64,000 nt of DNA from Gnetum montanum (lineage: Eukaryota > Plantae > Gnetophyta), in assembly GCA_015680685.1 (NCBI GenBank), contig MNCI01000556.1:248001-312000 (forward strand). Direction: 5' to 3'. Position numbers and translations under genes: made by a program. Below are positions 13,276 to 28,244 of the stretch, piece after piece (position 1 is the first letter of the stretch; every line of letters begins with the position of its first letter). The notes under the pieces are model-generated. The model saw only the letters and a program-made list of their open reading frames with translations, did no database searches and was not told where the DNA came from.

Positions 13276-14737
13276 TGTAACATCCTATATAAAGGGGACA
13301 TTTGGCTATTATCCCTTTTATTCCTATGAAAGTTGTAACTTCCTATGATAGTTACAACTATGATATTTGTAACTAATTTTAATTTTAATTACCACGAAGA
13401 CACTTGAAAATTAAAAAGGCCACTTGTCAACTATAGCTTTTTTATCTCCATGGTGACCACTTGGCTACTGAAGGGCCACTTCGCAACTAAAAAGGCCACT
13501 TGTCAACTACAGCTTTTTTATCTCCATGATGACCACTTGGCAACTGAAGGGTCATTTTTCATTTAAATGGGACACTTGTTAGCTGTAGCTTTTTTATCTC
13601 TATGGTGGTTACAACCATCCAAAATTTTTGTAACTTACCTAACTTGTTGGGCAAGTAATCTCCTAGCTTGTTGGGCAAGTGATCTCCTAACTTGTTGGGC
13701 AAGTTACTTGGGAGAGAAGTTAGCAAAGATATTTTGAATGTAACTACCTTTTGAACCCTATAAAAAGGCTTCAAGGGTAAGAAGATAGAACACATTGGGG
13801 GAAATCAGACTTTGGAGAAGACACTTGATACATCACACTTTGGGAAAGCTACTAGCTAGCACTTGGAGCTCCCACTTGGAGACACACTTTGGATTCCAGG
13901 AAGAGCTTGTAAGAAGATTTGTAAAAGATTTCTTGTAAGATGACTTGCTAAAGAAAAGATTTCAGCCTCTTTGTCATAGTCCTATGAGTTATGTTTTTTT
14001 TTTTTTTTGTCTAAATTCTTTAGCTAGTGGTTTAGATAGTATCATCCTTGACAAGTAATTTTGGGATTTTTAGATTGCTCTTATTATTCTTGTTGCCCAG
14101 TAGAAAATTTCTATTAAAATTTTTCCATAGAAGCACTTGTGTTTGAAAGCCTTAAGAGCATTTTAGTAGTGAATTTGGTTATCATGCAATGTATAGGAAT
14201 TGCTATTGAGATCATTGTAAGAGAGCCTCTACTTATAGTCATGCCATTGAATGATTCAATAGTCAAGAGGGTTCAAAAAATCTTTCGTATTTTGATGGGA
14301 CCAGAATAGCTTCTTTTTATCTTTAAAGTGAATCTCTGTGATATTTCAATCAAAAATTTTCAAGTCTTTTGAAGGTTTTGTTGAATGCAATAGTTGACGT
14401 CCATTATCTAGCCAAAATGGAGTCTCATACGTGGTAATTTATGAAGTAATTTTTTGGTAGCATAGTAGGATTGTCTTGAAGAAATTGCTTATTTGAGCCT
14501 TGGAAGTTTGAACAATTCATAGTTATTGAATTTGGGATAGCTTTATTGCAAAGTTTTTACTCGTGTCAGTTTACCTTGTTTAAATATTTGAGGTTAACGC
14601 AAATCTGCTTTCTTTTCTGTCTATTTCCATCGAATCTTGCTCTATTTCTAGTTGTCTTGTGGAACTATCTCTTTCTCTAGGGAAAATTAGGAGTAGATTT
14701 GCGGAGTTGTGCTCAAATGTTTTTGCAAAATTTTATT
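13276..14737 (+). mobile_element. LTR-like segment with tandem repeats upstream of a TATA box
   Basis: Starts TGTAACA. Contains ~76-bp repeats (13413-13610), 24-bp repeats (13640-13710) and CTATAAAAAGG at ~13758. No partner LTR or TSD identified. Confidence 0.45.
13413..13710. repeat. Two tandem arrays: ~3x ~76 bp (ggccacttgtcaactatagcttttttatctccatg...) and 3x 24 bp (aacttgttgggcaagtaatctcct)
   Basis: Directly visible. The 24-bp unit also shows up as LPNKLGD repeats in spurious ORF 13559..13795. Confidence 0.9.
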
Positions 14738-15041
14738 TGTTACACGTAGGTATTATAAGGACCACGTAGACTAGGCAATTAAACAAAATAGGAACTCTCA
14801 ACAACTCATAGTACTTGGCAAAGTTGGCTAAATCTCTTTAAGATAAGTCATTTGTAGTTTACACACAACGTAATCATTTCATATTTCACAACCGCACACC
14901 GCAACAGCACACACACATACTCACATTAACTACTGAGTTTATTTGGAGGTATCTGGGCCTTGGTGTTGCCAGAGACCAGCAGGCACCTAAATCCTATTCG
15001 AGGACACTCATTGATGGTCGCGTCCCAAACAGTCGCCAACA
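14738..15041. mobile_element. Short (304 bp) solo LTR
   Basis: Termini TGTTACA...CCAACA, flanked by TTATT / CTATT (4 of 5 match as a TSD). Retains CpGs, unlike its flanks. Confidence 0.55.
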
Positions 15042-17914
15042 CTATTGATGATAACATCACCTTAGATTTGAATATTCAGTTTGCTATTGCAACTCACATG
15101 GCCACCACAAACTACCCACTATTAACATAAGGTTCATCAAATCAATTTATTTGAATTTTAGGCTACATTCCATCATCAATCACCTATGAATAAGAGATTT
15201 TCTAGTCAAGGAACCCAAAAGGAAGATTTTCATAACTTATCCTATCTCAAGAACATTGATTGAAGAACATACCATGATGGCATGCCAATATTACCAGGAA
15301 CACAAAGCATTGGTTCGGAAGCACCTTGAACAAGGACATGACTTGGCCTCCTCACTACAACATTGTTTATAAAAATAGGATTTTTCAAAAGGATTTCAAA
15401 CAATCTCATATTAGGACACAAATGCCACTTACAAACATAGAGAGGAGGTGCTTTAAGGATGAGCATAGGGAGAACATTGTACATCAAGTTTGTCCTTGTC
15501 ACAAGGTGTGGCACAAGCCTACAATAAAGGGAAAAGTGATTCCCATAGGGAAACAACATTTAGCACTTCTTTGTGCATAAACTATTGAATCTAAATACAT
15601 CACAACATTACATCATAATCTTACACACCCAAGGATAGGAATACATTTACTGGGCATAATACATGACAATTGGGAATGTTACACAACCCTAGAAGGCTAT
15701 AAGAAAAACTACCCAATCCCATCCTAAGTTGAAGGGTTTAGGCCACTAGGAGCAAGACCAAAGCTGCATTATGCTATTCTGAGAAAAACATGTCTCTATC
15801 TCTGCATGTACATGAATAACTATCACACTACATCCACTACAAGACTTCCATCAAAAGAAAATGAACCAGAATATGAACACAACAATCAAACAATATAGGA
15901 TACCAACTAAGAATCCACTACCTATCATAGTGGGACCTCAAGGCATTGGCCACTCTTGGGCCATTGGTATCTAGCATGGTGAAGGATACTATTCTATGCC
16001 ATCTTCTAACCCAATATTTGCAAGGTCTAGTATAGACGACCATCCTCTGTCAGTGCCCACCTGGCACTATGAGGCAAACAAATCATGATGTTCCAGTTGT
16101 TCCACTATAGCAAGGGTACTAATAAGTCCACAATCCAATGTTGGAATTCCAAGATCAAGTAACCAATTTATGAAAGACTCAAGAGCACACATCTTCCCCA
16201 TAGACATAGTACTCAAAGAATTAAATGAGGTCACCACTAGCTACATCTTTGTACCTATGCTACCAAGGCTAAGACAATAGCTCAAAAACAAAGGAGTTGG
16301 TAGGAACATGATTAGCACATCAGCCTCATATACAATCATCAAGCATGATAACACAATAGAGAAATATCAGTCTCACAACAATCTAGAGAGAAAGATCTTA
16401 GCCACACGCATAGAGATTAATCATGCAAAACATGATGGGTTAATTAAATACACTCACACAAAATAATTTATCATGAGGCACACCAAGACAAAGAGAACTG
16501 GAACACTCTCAAAATTCCAAAATTCATATACAAAAAAAATTCCTAAACATTGACATCGGTTCCCACTAGGATCAAAATCTTAACAAATTCAAAAGAGGCA
16601 TGGGCACTAGGAAATCATCATCTGAACTTGAAACATAAGGAGGGAGACCAAGGTCTAGCCAACAATAGGTCTCAACAAAGCTCTAATTCTCACTACAAAG
16701 AGCAACATTAGAGAGGATGCATCCACAAGGAAGACTCTCATCAAGAAGGGTGAGGTCTCAACAAGAACCAAAATAGGATGACCTAGTCTAGAAGGTCTCC
16801 AAATCAAAATGTCCAAATAAATAACACCAACCAAAGAAGTGATGCCATGAAACCAAGGCCAACACAACTATCTCAAATGAGGAAACATAACACACAAAAG
16901 ATCCACAACAAGAGCAATTGTGTTAGAATGAGAGGTTATCAAAACAAGGCCCACAACAATTTTTCCTTGAAATGGCACACATGGCCTCAAAATGCATCCT
17001 CAACAATCCCAACAATGAGTCATCACACAGTATAGATAACAAAGCCTTGCATTATGAATGATAGACACAGTAAGAAAGACACATATGTAGAACTTGTAAA
17101 TGCATCCAAGGAAGACATGCCTACACAACTAGATAAAATAAAATCATAAATATGGGCATACGAAGTCTACCGACGATGGTCTTGATCCACCTAGAATAAG
17201 GCTCACCAAGAGCACATGTTCAAAGGTCCTCCATCTCAAAATACTTGGGAACCAACATATCCCAATTTGTAATTCCCACACTCACTATATCTAGGATGAG
17301 TGGGAGTGCAAGGATACCACATCTTACATAATTCAATCAATGTCATCTCGATACATGTCATCTAGGTGAAGACCAATACCACCTATAACAACATTGTCCT
17401 AACATTGTCCAGCACCCCAAGGAATTCACTTAGATCCAATGGATCTAAGGTAGAAGACCTAGGGAATATGTCTCTAAACAACAAGAAGCCCTTAGAAGGG
17501 ACAAAATGGCATAACAGCTTCTTAATAAGAGAGAATGGACCTCAAGGAGAACCACTAAACTTCAAATGATGACTTTGCAAACAAGTATACAAGAAACCCT
17601 ATAGACATCATCAGTGGAAGGGGTGAAGAGCACTTAGAAAGGGATGAAATAGGAGGAAGTCCTACTGCTGGCTTGGTACTACCAAGCCAAGATGGATTTT
17701 CTAACACTTGAGTATCACTCAAGGAAACCTCAGAGTGTTCCATGGTCCCTAAACCATGGAAAGAGCCTAGGAGAACCTCTATCCTGAGACATCTCTCACA
17801 AGTATTGTATTTACTTTTTTGGTTCACTTCTTGACATTGTTCCATGAGGATTTGATCATTAAATCCATCAAATACATCATCATAAGATATGTTCTCAACT
17901 CCTAAGAATCTTCA

Positions 17915-20900
17915 AGGACCATGTGGATTTTAGCTTATGGAATTAATTTTCCATGATTCTTAGAAAACTCCAAAATCAAAATTTTTCTAAGTTTTGGAGG
18001 TGATGAGATGTCAAATTAATCTTCCTTCAACACTACAACATAAAATGCCTCAAAAAATAGCCTTGTGAAAGACATTTATAGCCTTTGTAGGCCTTTGTGG
18101 ACTGTTTGGGGTCATATCCCAACTTTTTGACATTAATTTTTGTAACTCTAGAAAACCCCCAAAAAATCTAAAATTTTTCTAAGTGTTGCTGACATTGACA
18201 CTATGGCATCTATGCCAAGATCACCATTGCTAGAACCCCTAAATCTCACCAAAATTCATCTTCTAGCTTTAGCTTAATTAGCTATGTTTTCTCATTTAAT
18301 TTGCTTTACATTATTTCATCTTACATTTTACAAATTTATTATCAACTTTAACTTTTTGAACATTATTTCATCTGCAATCTTATTTTATTTCATCCTATAT
18401 TTTAGCTATCAAAAAAACTTAAAAATCCCATAAACATAGAAAATTATAAACACATAAAACAAAAAATTCATAAACAAAGTCCCCTATATCATAGTGCTTA
18501 ATCTTTAAAACATTCATACAAACACAACTACATCATCTCACAAAAACATCAAACATATCAAAAACAAATATCCCATCATTCTTTCTTTATCCCTTTACCA
18601 CAAGCATCACCTCTTTAGTCCCTGTAATTTTCTGTCTATCCTTCCTCTTTTCCTTCATCATTATTCAACATTGTTTCCAATATTTATAAGAAATTTATCC
18701 CTTAATCAATTTGTAGCCTAAGTATCACCATCCTGCTTATCCTCAAGTCATTATCAACCTAAATGATCTCATTCTAAGCACTTTATCTATTACCAACTTC
18801 ATCTATAACAACATCATTTGTCACCAAGTAACACCCATGTCCAACTTCATCTTGAGAATGGTCCCTTCATCATAAGAAAAGTAGAGAGGAAGAGAGATAG
18901 AGAGAGAGCATTATCATGTTTTCTCTAACTCATTTCTCATCTCATCTACATTTTATTACAAATTTCTTTCATATTATTTTATCTATCCCCTCAAATCTAA
19001 TCTTATCTTATTTTACTTTCTTCTATATCACATAATGGTGAGGATATTTATCAATGATCTACCTCATTTTGTGAGCAATAATTGTTTTGGCATTTTAAAT
19101 CCATATGACGATGTCTTATGTTTGAGTTGAACAAGAAGGAAATCAATCTATCAAGCATCAATAATGGTTAGAGTGTGGAACCTATCCATGCTACCTTTTG
19201 TGGCATAGCACCTCATCTTGATGTATAAGGGATGTTCCTTATTTCCTTTTCCAATTTTATTATTTTCTTAATTTTGCAAGTCTATTTCTCATCTCTTCTC
19301 CTCCTCCTACTCTCTTTTCTATCTCATTCCCTTTCCTCTCATCAACATATTCAATGAGGATGGAGTGACTTATTCCATTTCAATTAGGATGTATTGAGAG
19401 CACGAGTTTGATAGGATGTGAATATCATAAATGACATCCTTTTAGTCATCTTGAATATAGGTTTTAGCCATGTCCCCCTTTTATGGCAAAGCACCATTCT
19501 CATGACTAGTGTATTAATGATATTAAAATTTCTGCCCTTCTTCTACTTCATTTCATTTGCTTTTCTTCAATTATATTACTAATTCATCATTTTCTCTTCT
19601 TAATGGATCATCCTTCAACACCTTAGCAGCATCCATCAAGAAGGGGCAATGTTGTACTCACTTTTTTAGTTTGCATCAAATCAAAACAAAGTGTGATTTT
19701 GATGTTGTTTCATGAGGATTTGAGCATCGAATTTCCAAAACACAATACTACAAGGTGCATTCTCAATCTTAGGGGCCTTCATGGACCATTTGGATTCATA
19801 AACTAGCTTATGAACTCAATTTTCCATAACCCCAAAAACACTCTAGAATTAAAATTCTTCCAAGTGTTGTAAGCAATAGGATGTTGAATTCAGCTTCCTT
19901 CAACACTGCATAACAAAATTCCTTTAAAAAATAACCTTGCAAGATAAATTTCTAGCATCAAAGATATTTGGGGATCATTTAGGTTCATATCCCAACTTTT
20001 CAACATCAATTTTAGTAACTTTGGAAAAATCCTAGAAAAATTTCAAAATTTTTCTGTGTTGTTAATGCTAACATTACATTAGCATCAATATTAGAATCAC
20101 TATTAGGATCACCATTTTTGGGATCCTTAAGTCTCACCAGAACTACATTATCACATGTGTAATGACTTCCCAAGACTAGGACAACTCATTAGCAATAGTT
20201 TCAGCAATCCAAGCTTCTAAAATTGCCACTTTTGGAAGTTTTCTAAAACCTGGAAAATTGACATTTTTGGCGAAGTATGGGATACTAGCAAGGTTAGAGC
20301 TCATCTTAGCACATTTGATTCATCTCATATACCAATTTCATTATACTTCGCAAGTTTTCAAGCTTCTCAACACTTCAAAATTACCATTTTGACTCATTTT
20401 GAGGTTAGTTTTGATCTATCTAGAGTTACAACTTTTGGCAGGAAAAATTATGAAAATCTTTCTAACTCATGGTTAACACTCACACTACATAAATGTCAAC
20501 ATTAGTATCAATGCTAACAAGGTGCCCATCATTAATCCTAACCTACACTTGCCAACATCTAAGATCCCTCATCTTTGCGTCAGTAATCTTCAATGATAAT
20601 CCAAGATTTAATGGGATCCTTAGGAATTCCAAAATCTAAGTTTAGGTGAAGCATTTCAAAATTTTATCAAGTATGAGCTTGGAAACCTTTAGAACTTGTA
20701 AAATGACATTGTTGACCTTCTTGTTTGACATTTCAGCCCATTTCTAGGCTTCTTATGTTTCTCAACATTACCTTGACATCATCCTTACTCATTTTGGTAG
20801 CAATCTATGCATCTCATAAGTCATGCAATGAAACTTGGAAAATTTTCAAATATTTTTCCAAGTGTAATGACTAGTGTTGATTTTGCATCAGCATAATCAC

Positions 20901-21310
20901 TTTTGACATTAGCACCATCCATCATGAACACTTGACATCTTCTCTTAGCTTCATAGACCTCTCATCATCATTTTGGTAGCTTTCAACATCAACTCAAAGG
21001 TAAACTGAGGCCCCCATAGTTCAAAATAGTGACTTTGATGAAATTTTAAAATTTTTCCAAATTATGGTTGATGTTGATATTGTGTCAACATTAGCATCAA
21101 TGTTAGCATTCTTAATGCTACTAACTTCCATGTAACATAATCTAACTCAGCATCAGACATCATCTCCTCATCTCCCAACTTCCTTAGCATCTTTTGGCAT
21201 TAGTTTAGAGGTCAAATGGAGCTTCAAAAAAAAATTTACACTTTGATAAGTTTGCAAAAATTTTCCTAAGTGTTGGGGATGCGAACGCTAATGCTACATC
21301 AATGTTAGCA
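17915..21310. repeat. Degenerate non-coding repeat region, probably retroelement internal or LTR sequence
   Basis: A ~350-bp direct repeat (17915-18260 vs 19782-20145), plus ~200-bp units carrying aaatttttc(c/t)aagtgtt at ~20850, ~21050 and ~21260. Confidence 0.65.
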
Positions 21311-22335
21311 TCACATTCATAGGTTTCTATGTTCACTAAAGTCAAAGACTAGACTTGCTAATTTTTTGAACTTGACAATTAGTTACACTTAACTCTAAGT
21401 TTAATTTTACTAGCCCTAAGTTAAATTTGGCAACTCCAAGTTTATAAATATGAGTTCAAAACATAAAACTCTGGCTAATTTCTTCAGGTTTGAGAGTACT
21501 TGTTAGATTTCAAGAGATTAAGAGCACAAGCACATGCCACCATTATAGCACTTGCTTAATCCATTTCCATCTTTTACACCTTCATCATCAATTCTAGAGA
21601 TATAATTTTTAGGTTCCTATAGCATATTCTAGAGTTAGAATTTTCTTAACTCCACAATCAATGTTGAGATGCTTGCTTAAAATAGCCTCATTTTAGCCTG
21701 GAATTGACTCCAGCTTATGCCTATAGCTTCCATTCCATTTTTCAAATCCATATTTCCTCTAAAGGTTAAATTCCATTTTTCAAATCCATATTTGTTGAAG
21801 ATTCAAGCTTCTTTTGTTAATTTTATCATACCTAAGTTTTTCTCCCACCATTTGTAGTTTGGCCCTCCATAGGCAATGAACACTTGGTAATTCATCAAAA
21901 AAATGTTTTATTATTTGGGAAATGATTTGGAACCTTTTCTCCATATCATAGCATCTCATTCTCATTATTTTATGTCCATATATTTGCATTCTATATTTAT
22001 AATTTATTCCATCTTTTATATTTCTTTCCATACTTAGTCAAATTTTCAGCATTTTATACTGAGCCATTTTTACAATACAAAAATTGTATTTTTCAAGAAG
22101 GAATTCAAAATCATTCTCTCTAAATAATTATATTAATATTTTAACATTCTACAACCTATTGCATAAGCTTTAATACTTACCTTTTTTTTGTTTCTTATAC
22201 TTTATTCCACACTTGGTTTATTTTCTAGTAGTTTATACTTAGTCATTTTTCCAATGATTTATGCTTTGTCATTTTTAAAATTGAAATCATACTTTTTCAT
22301 TGTTCTACTTCCATTCATATTTTGTATGCAATAGG

Positions 22336-23067
22336 TGATGAGTGGTAGGGTATCCCAACATTCCACCATATAAGTCACGAGTGCACACACAAAACCAAAT
22401 CATAATCTGTGGATGGATAATGTAAGTATGCTAGAAGTTGATAACTGGTTCATGATCATTGTCTTCTCACTTCAAGTTAGTGAAGTACAAGTGTATGGTT
22501 TAACTCTAAGTGAGACATATGATATCTTCATGTTGTGGGCCCATTTTTCTACTAAGTGTAAACATAATGAGAGATGAGAGTAAAATCTAAATCTAAATCT
22601 AAATGATAATAAAAATGAAAATCTATTCTATCGTATGGCTATGAGCAGTCATTCTTGGCTTGATGTGCATGTCTTGGGCACATGTAACCATCACTAGGTT
22701 ACCAAGTATTATGCTACTAGGTGAACCAAGTAATAACACTGCTGGAATTACCAAATGATTACACTTATATGCTCAAAAACAATTGTACTTATTCTACTTC
22801 ACTAATGAATGTAGAAAAGTAAAGTGCTTTGAAAAATATAAAGAACTATACTAAAGTAAGCATATTAAGGAAATGAACATTAAACTAAGTAAAGAAAATA
22901 GATAAGAAAAAAAACTACAAGAGTTTCCCTAAGGCTGTAATGTAAGTTGTTTCACTGATGCAATCAAATGTTGGTATTTATAGGGCCATACAGCTCCCAA
23001 TACATCATATCAACAATGATGTAGGTAGAGCTGCAATATCATGGTTCACCAAAAATAAGGTTTATCA
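22336..23067 (-). repeat. 3' LTR of copy B (~170-bp internal deletion relative to the 5' LTR)
   Basis: Aligns with 34068-34970 and is adjacent to the PPT (ccccacaact). Confidence 0.9.
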
Positions 23068-23276
23068 TATCCCCACAACTAACTAGAAGGATAGAGTTCC
23101 TTACAAAATTAAAAGACATAGTCAAACTTAACATGACTACCTATATACATGACTCTGAATGCTACATTATGGTTCAAGTGGGTTTTTTACAAAGTTTTCA
23201 TGCATAGCATGATGAACACAATTGACAATAACAAGATAAAAAAAACAAAATGAAATGCAAGAGCTCAATGTAGTCT

Positions 23277-26047
23277 TCAATTTCTTGTCGATGGTGGTTC
23301 TTCCATCAACTTCTTCCCTTTGTCATTAAGCTTCTAAAATTGGTATCGGTTGAGGAGTGCCAAAAGTTTCTCTTTCTCTAATTTGGGATCATGTACCATC
23401 CATGAAAATTCTGTAATGATTTATGGCATCAATACTTTCCATGGGCATGGTAGCTATGAAAACATCTTATTCACTTTAAAATACTAGGTTGCAAACTACC
23501 TCCTTTCTTCTACCCTAGCCACCTTTCGCAATTTCTAATAATCAGTCATTTCACGAGCTAGGTTTGCTTCTACATCCTTTTTAACCTTAGTTTCTGGCTT
23601 TTACAATTTCTAGTTTAGAGTTTGTGATATGTAATTTTTGTTGTGTTTCCTTACATTCTACAAACTCCTTCTCATACATGACATAAAATTTCACTACTTG
23701 TTGTTCTAGCTCATTTCTCAATCCACCTACTATTAACATGACTAGATTAGCATATCAAAGGTTTGCTAATTCCATGTACTCACTGAGATCTCCTATCTAT
23801 AGGTCCTCATTCTTCACTTCAACTTGGTGGACATGGGCCAAGCTATCTAGAATTAGCTTCCAATCAGGTATCTTTGTTGTAATTAAATTAATCTTAGCCT
23901 TGGCCATCTGGATTTCCTTTTTATTAATCTACTTGTACATTTTCACTTGATCTCTGAAGTTTTCATTGAACCTTTAGTGCTTCTTGACCTTGTTTGTCCA
24001 TGCGCTTATAACAATTGTTAACTATTTTGTAATAGCATAAACTTCTTCCATTGATAATATTCAATTTTCTCTAGTCAACTTCTTCATGTCTTGATTAACT
24101 TTGATGAATTTTTCTTACAGTTGATAAATGCTTTTCTCAAGAACATTTTTTTTCTTTTTAATATTTTTCAACCTTGTATTATCGGCAACAAATTTCTTAT
24201 TTCCTTCTTCTATAGTAGTTATGAATTTTGCATGTACATATTTTTGCACTCCTACCACTAACGTGTTCAATATAGCCTTCTCCTTCACATCTCAACTTGA
24301 TTATTTCTTGTTATAAGCTAACTCACTTGTTTTCTTGTAAAGGAATCTAGCAAATCTAAGGCTATATACTAGACAAGGTCTCTCTTTTCTTCTTTCAAGC
24401 CACTAACTCAGCTTGCAACCTCTACACTTCATTTTCTACATGCTTTGCCCTTATTTCCATCATGACCAACTTCTCCTTTATTGCAATTAGATTGGGCTGA
24501 ACTATAGTGATATCGCTAGGGATATCAAAGATGTTTTCATAACTTATCCTATCTATAATAGTTAATCGAGGACATCTTTGTGTTCTACTAGAGTTATAAA
24601 TGTTTTGGCTAGCATTTGCACATCTCTAATTTCTACAATATTCACTGGTGGCACAATGAAAATTTTAAAGAATTCCTTGATGTGATGAGTGATGACCTCT
24701 ACTACTCCTACTGAATCTTGGTATTACATTAACACCACTGTGGCTCCTCTCTAGTTTCTAGCATTACATGAAAAGATGTAGTGTTCCTAGAGATCTATTT
24801 TGCCCAATCATCATCCTCTCCTACCTGTAGAGATACCTATCCACTAGCAAGTCCTATTGATATAATAGGCCTTATGGAGTTATCCCTAACTTGGTACAAA
24901 GTAGAAAATTTTCTTATTCCCTAATTGATTATTTTTATGACTTGCTACAAGTGGCTCATGGAAGGTCTGTAGTCTTGTTGTGTAGGTGGAGCACTCTGTC
25001 AAGGTTTGTCACTAGTAGGTGTTGGCCCACTAGGTCCTACTTGTTCTTGTTGTCCAAATGCTCAAATGTTACCTACTAGCATGGATCCTACTACTCCCTT
25101 AATGCCTGTAAGCTTCTCTAGTTGATTCTTCTTTGGTGCCACTGGTTTAAACATCTCGGCATAGGATGCATTTTGGGCTTTCCTTAGAACATCATTTTTG
25201 TAGCCCAAAATTATTTCTTACTTACACAACTTTCTAATGAGGTAAGGGAATGGAAATGTGAGTTTTCCTACTTTCTTTTCTTCAAACTTTCTCTATATTT
25301 CTAGAAGCATTAGATGTGCTATGTTAGCATTGAATTTCCCCATAAAGATTACACTTTCTTTAGTAGCATAGGTGGAAATCCTATTAAGTCTTTTAGTAGG
25401 GAACAAGTGGTAAGTTCCGATCTTAAATTAAATCATTTCTTTAGTCATTAATTTACTGTATCCCTTGTCCTCTTTTTGATATGCTCTCTGTAGCCATAAC
25501 TTCTTTGCATTGGTGTCAAATCTTGTGGATATTTATGATACATTTGCTCCAATATTTAGAATACTGAGTGCTTTTACGATGACTTCAACTAAGTATAGTA
25601 CTAAGACTCCTTTAACTTTAATAGGAGAATCATGTTATTTATTTATTCAAAATTGGTATACTTCTCCTAGGTACCATTCACCATTGCTTGATAGAGTTGG
25701 CCATATATGAGAGGCATTGAATTGGTTTCTGATACATTTGAACAAAACTCCATGAATGGTCCATAATTTACCTTCATAATTACTATGGACATAATGGACC
25801 TCTCTTTGATAGTTTGAAGGCATTCTACTAATAGCATGAGACATTGTCGTTGCTCAGGAGTTGGTGGTGCTTCAACCTTGACCTATGCAAATTTTTCTAT
25901 GGTAAGAGTTTGTTGGTAAATGCTAAAGGATTGGGCTTCTTGCTTTGCCTATAGTGTTTGTTCTCCAATTCGTCCTCTACCTTAATCCCTTAGTCTTTTA
26001 CTTCCATGTTGTGAGGGTTCTTATGCTATGGGTCTTTTGGAAGCCAT
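23277..26047 (-). pseudogene. ORF2 (Transposase_32/env-like domain plus coiled coil) of copy B, decayed
   Basis: Starts MASKR, contains IWPTLSSNGEWYLGEVYQF and ends DKGKKLMEEPP. Homologous to 52354-55131. Confidence 0.85.
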
Positions 26048-28244
26048 TTATAATCATGAAATATTTTCTTTAAGCTTATGCAAGGATTTAAATGGTTCTC
26101 TAGTAGTTCATATTTCTTACTCAAATCCTTAGTTTTTTTAACTTTTGTTCTTATTATTACCTATGGCTCTTATGATGATTGTAGAGTTAGAAAAATTCAA
26201 AAAGTAACCCTTGTTTTACTTGTTCTTTTAATTATTAAGACTTCTCACAATTATCATTTCTTTTTTATTCTATTATTGGATGATTAGCTAGGATAATCAA
26301 TTAGGGTCATTATCTTTTATTTAATTATTTGATTAAAATATTCTTACTTGTTCTCTATTCTTACCCTTGATATTCTCTTCTAGCATTAGAAAAATTGGGC
26401 TCAATTTGGCTCTTTTACATGCAATACTCTCCCCCACAACTAAGTTGGTCACTCCATGATCAAGAGGATTTAAAAATCATGCAAATTAGACCTACAATGA
26501 GGAAGTTATGGATCTTGGAAGTTTGGGCATCAAAGGCTCAGAAAATTAACATGAACTCCCCTTGCTTTGAAATGTGAAAATTAAAAATTTTCTAACTCCT
26601 TAGGTGTATATATATAGATTTTTGTTAGTGTGAAATCATAGATATGACATTGTAGTTGTGGCATCATAGGGCTTGATACATTATATCTATGATGTCATGG
26701 CCAAAACATTTTTATTTTAGCAATTTTTGATAAAAACATTAAGTCAAATGGATGGTTTGGAAGATGTAAAAGTTGTCTAAAGGATCTTTGATCATAGATG
26801 ATGTTTAAATTATGCTAATTTGGTGGTCAAATGTCATAAAAAAGGGATCTTTGGCAAAGATCAATTAGATGTATAAAAGATGGTTGTGAGAATTGCCAAA
26901 AGTATGATCAAACATGAGAACTTAGGAAAGTAACCATTGATCGTTAAAGTATCTTAGAGGAACAAGATGATGTGGAATTGGTTGTCAAGTATGAGGTATA
27001 AAAGTTATACAAGTAGTTCCTCCCCAAAGTAGGCTTTAGCCCTTAGTGCCCTTGAATAATCACACCTATAAGTGTTCATAGGCACTTAAGGAATTGAATG
27101 TAGAACATAACTACATTTCAAAACACACATGTTAGTATCACTAAAATGGAAAAATAACACTATATTATATAAAACCATTGAATGATAATTATATATATTA
27201 ATGAGGTGGAATAGGATTGGAAAGGATTGTAGAAATTGGGACATAAGGTGTCTTAACATAGGCATAATGAATTCTTATGTATTATATATACTTAAAGTGA
27301 TCATTAGCTTTTCCATCCAAGATTCAGATGAAGTTCATACCACTTACCAATGACATTACATTGTATCCTCCCAAAACTAGTAACCATAAGACTATCACTA
27401 TTGCAAGACGCATTATTATTTGGCACTATAGCTCAAAGAAGGAGTTTATTAATAGCACACTATTTTTGAGACTTTTGAGATTTTTGAGAAGCCACCTACC
27501 TTCAAGTATGGATAACATATCTTTCTATTGAAACACCCAAAAATTTTATTCTATGCATTTATTATATTTTTATTGTATCAATTTTATTAGAGGACTACCT
27601 TCAGGCAAGGGTAACATGTCTTTCCAATGATATGGTAAGGTAGCACTGATTGTACTCATACTTCCAATTTTTGTTAGAACTCAAGAAAATAATACAATCT
27701 CAACAACAAGGTAAAACTTATAGTAGTAGTACAAGAGAATCCACAAATCCCCTTGATGTCATACCCTTTTCATTTCCACTTAGTTTTTCACTTTTCTATC
27801 TAGGCATAATGATCACAAATTTATTTTAGTTTTATTAGGAAAATAATATCATTATGAAAATGATGAGAACCTCTTATTATTGAAAATAAGTGGATAGGTG
27901 ATCTGGTCTCACTATATATAGAATCAATCCTTCCATGATTTGATAACATAGGTTAACTTTCACATTATTAAGATTACATCTTGCTTTATTCATTTGCACT
28001 TTACTAGAAAATTAAGAAAAATATGTACAAGAGAAATGATCAAAAATCATAGAAAAATGATAAAAAGGGAAAAATAAAGAAAGAATTTGAAAGATATTAA
28101 AGAATATAAAATGACTAAGAAATGAGAAAAATATAAAAGAATAGAAAATATATCAAGAATGTGAAAAAGTATTAAGAAAAGAAAAAGAACAGTTCAATGC
28201 CTAAGTATCACACAGGACACCCCCACAAGTATTATTAAAGACAG

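Noticed and set aside
12779-13348. 189-aa ORF following the UGT fragment
   Set aside because: No UGT PSPG box or other motif, and it runs into AT-rich and LTR-like sequence.
13276-14744. Solo LTR bounded by TGTAACA...TGTTACA
   Set aside because: The flanks (ATTTG/CGTAG) are not a TSD. The TGTTACA fits better as the edge of the 14738-15041 element.
15050-17900. Possible decayed minus-strand gag/pol
   Set aside because: The composition suggests TE coding origin, but I could not read a diagnostic motif with confidence.
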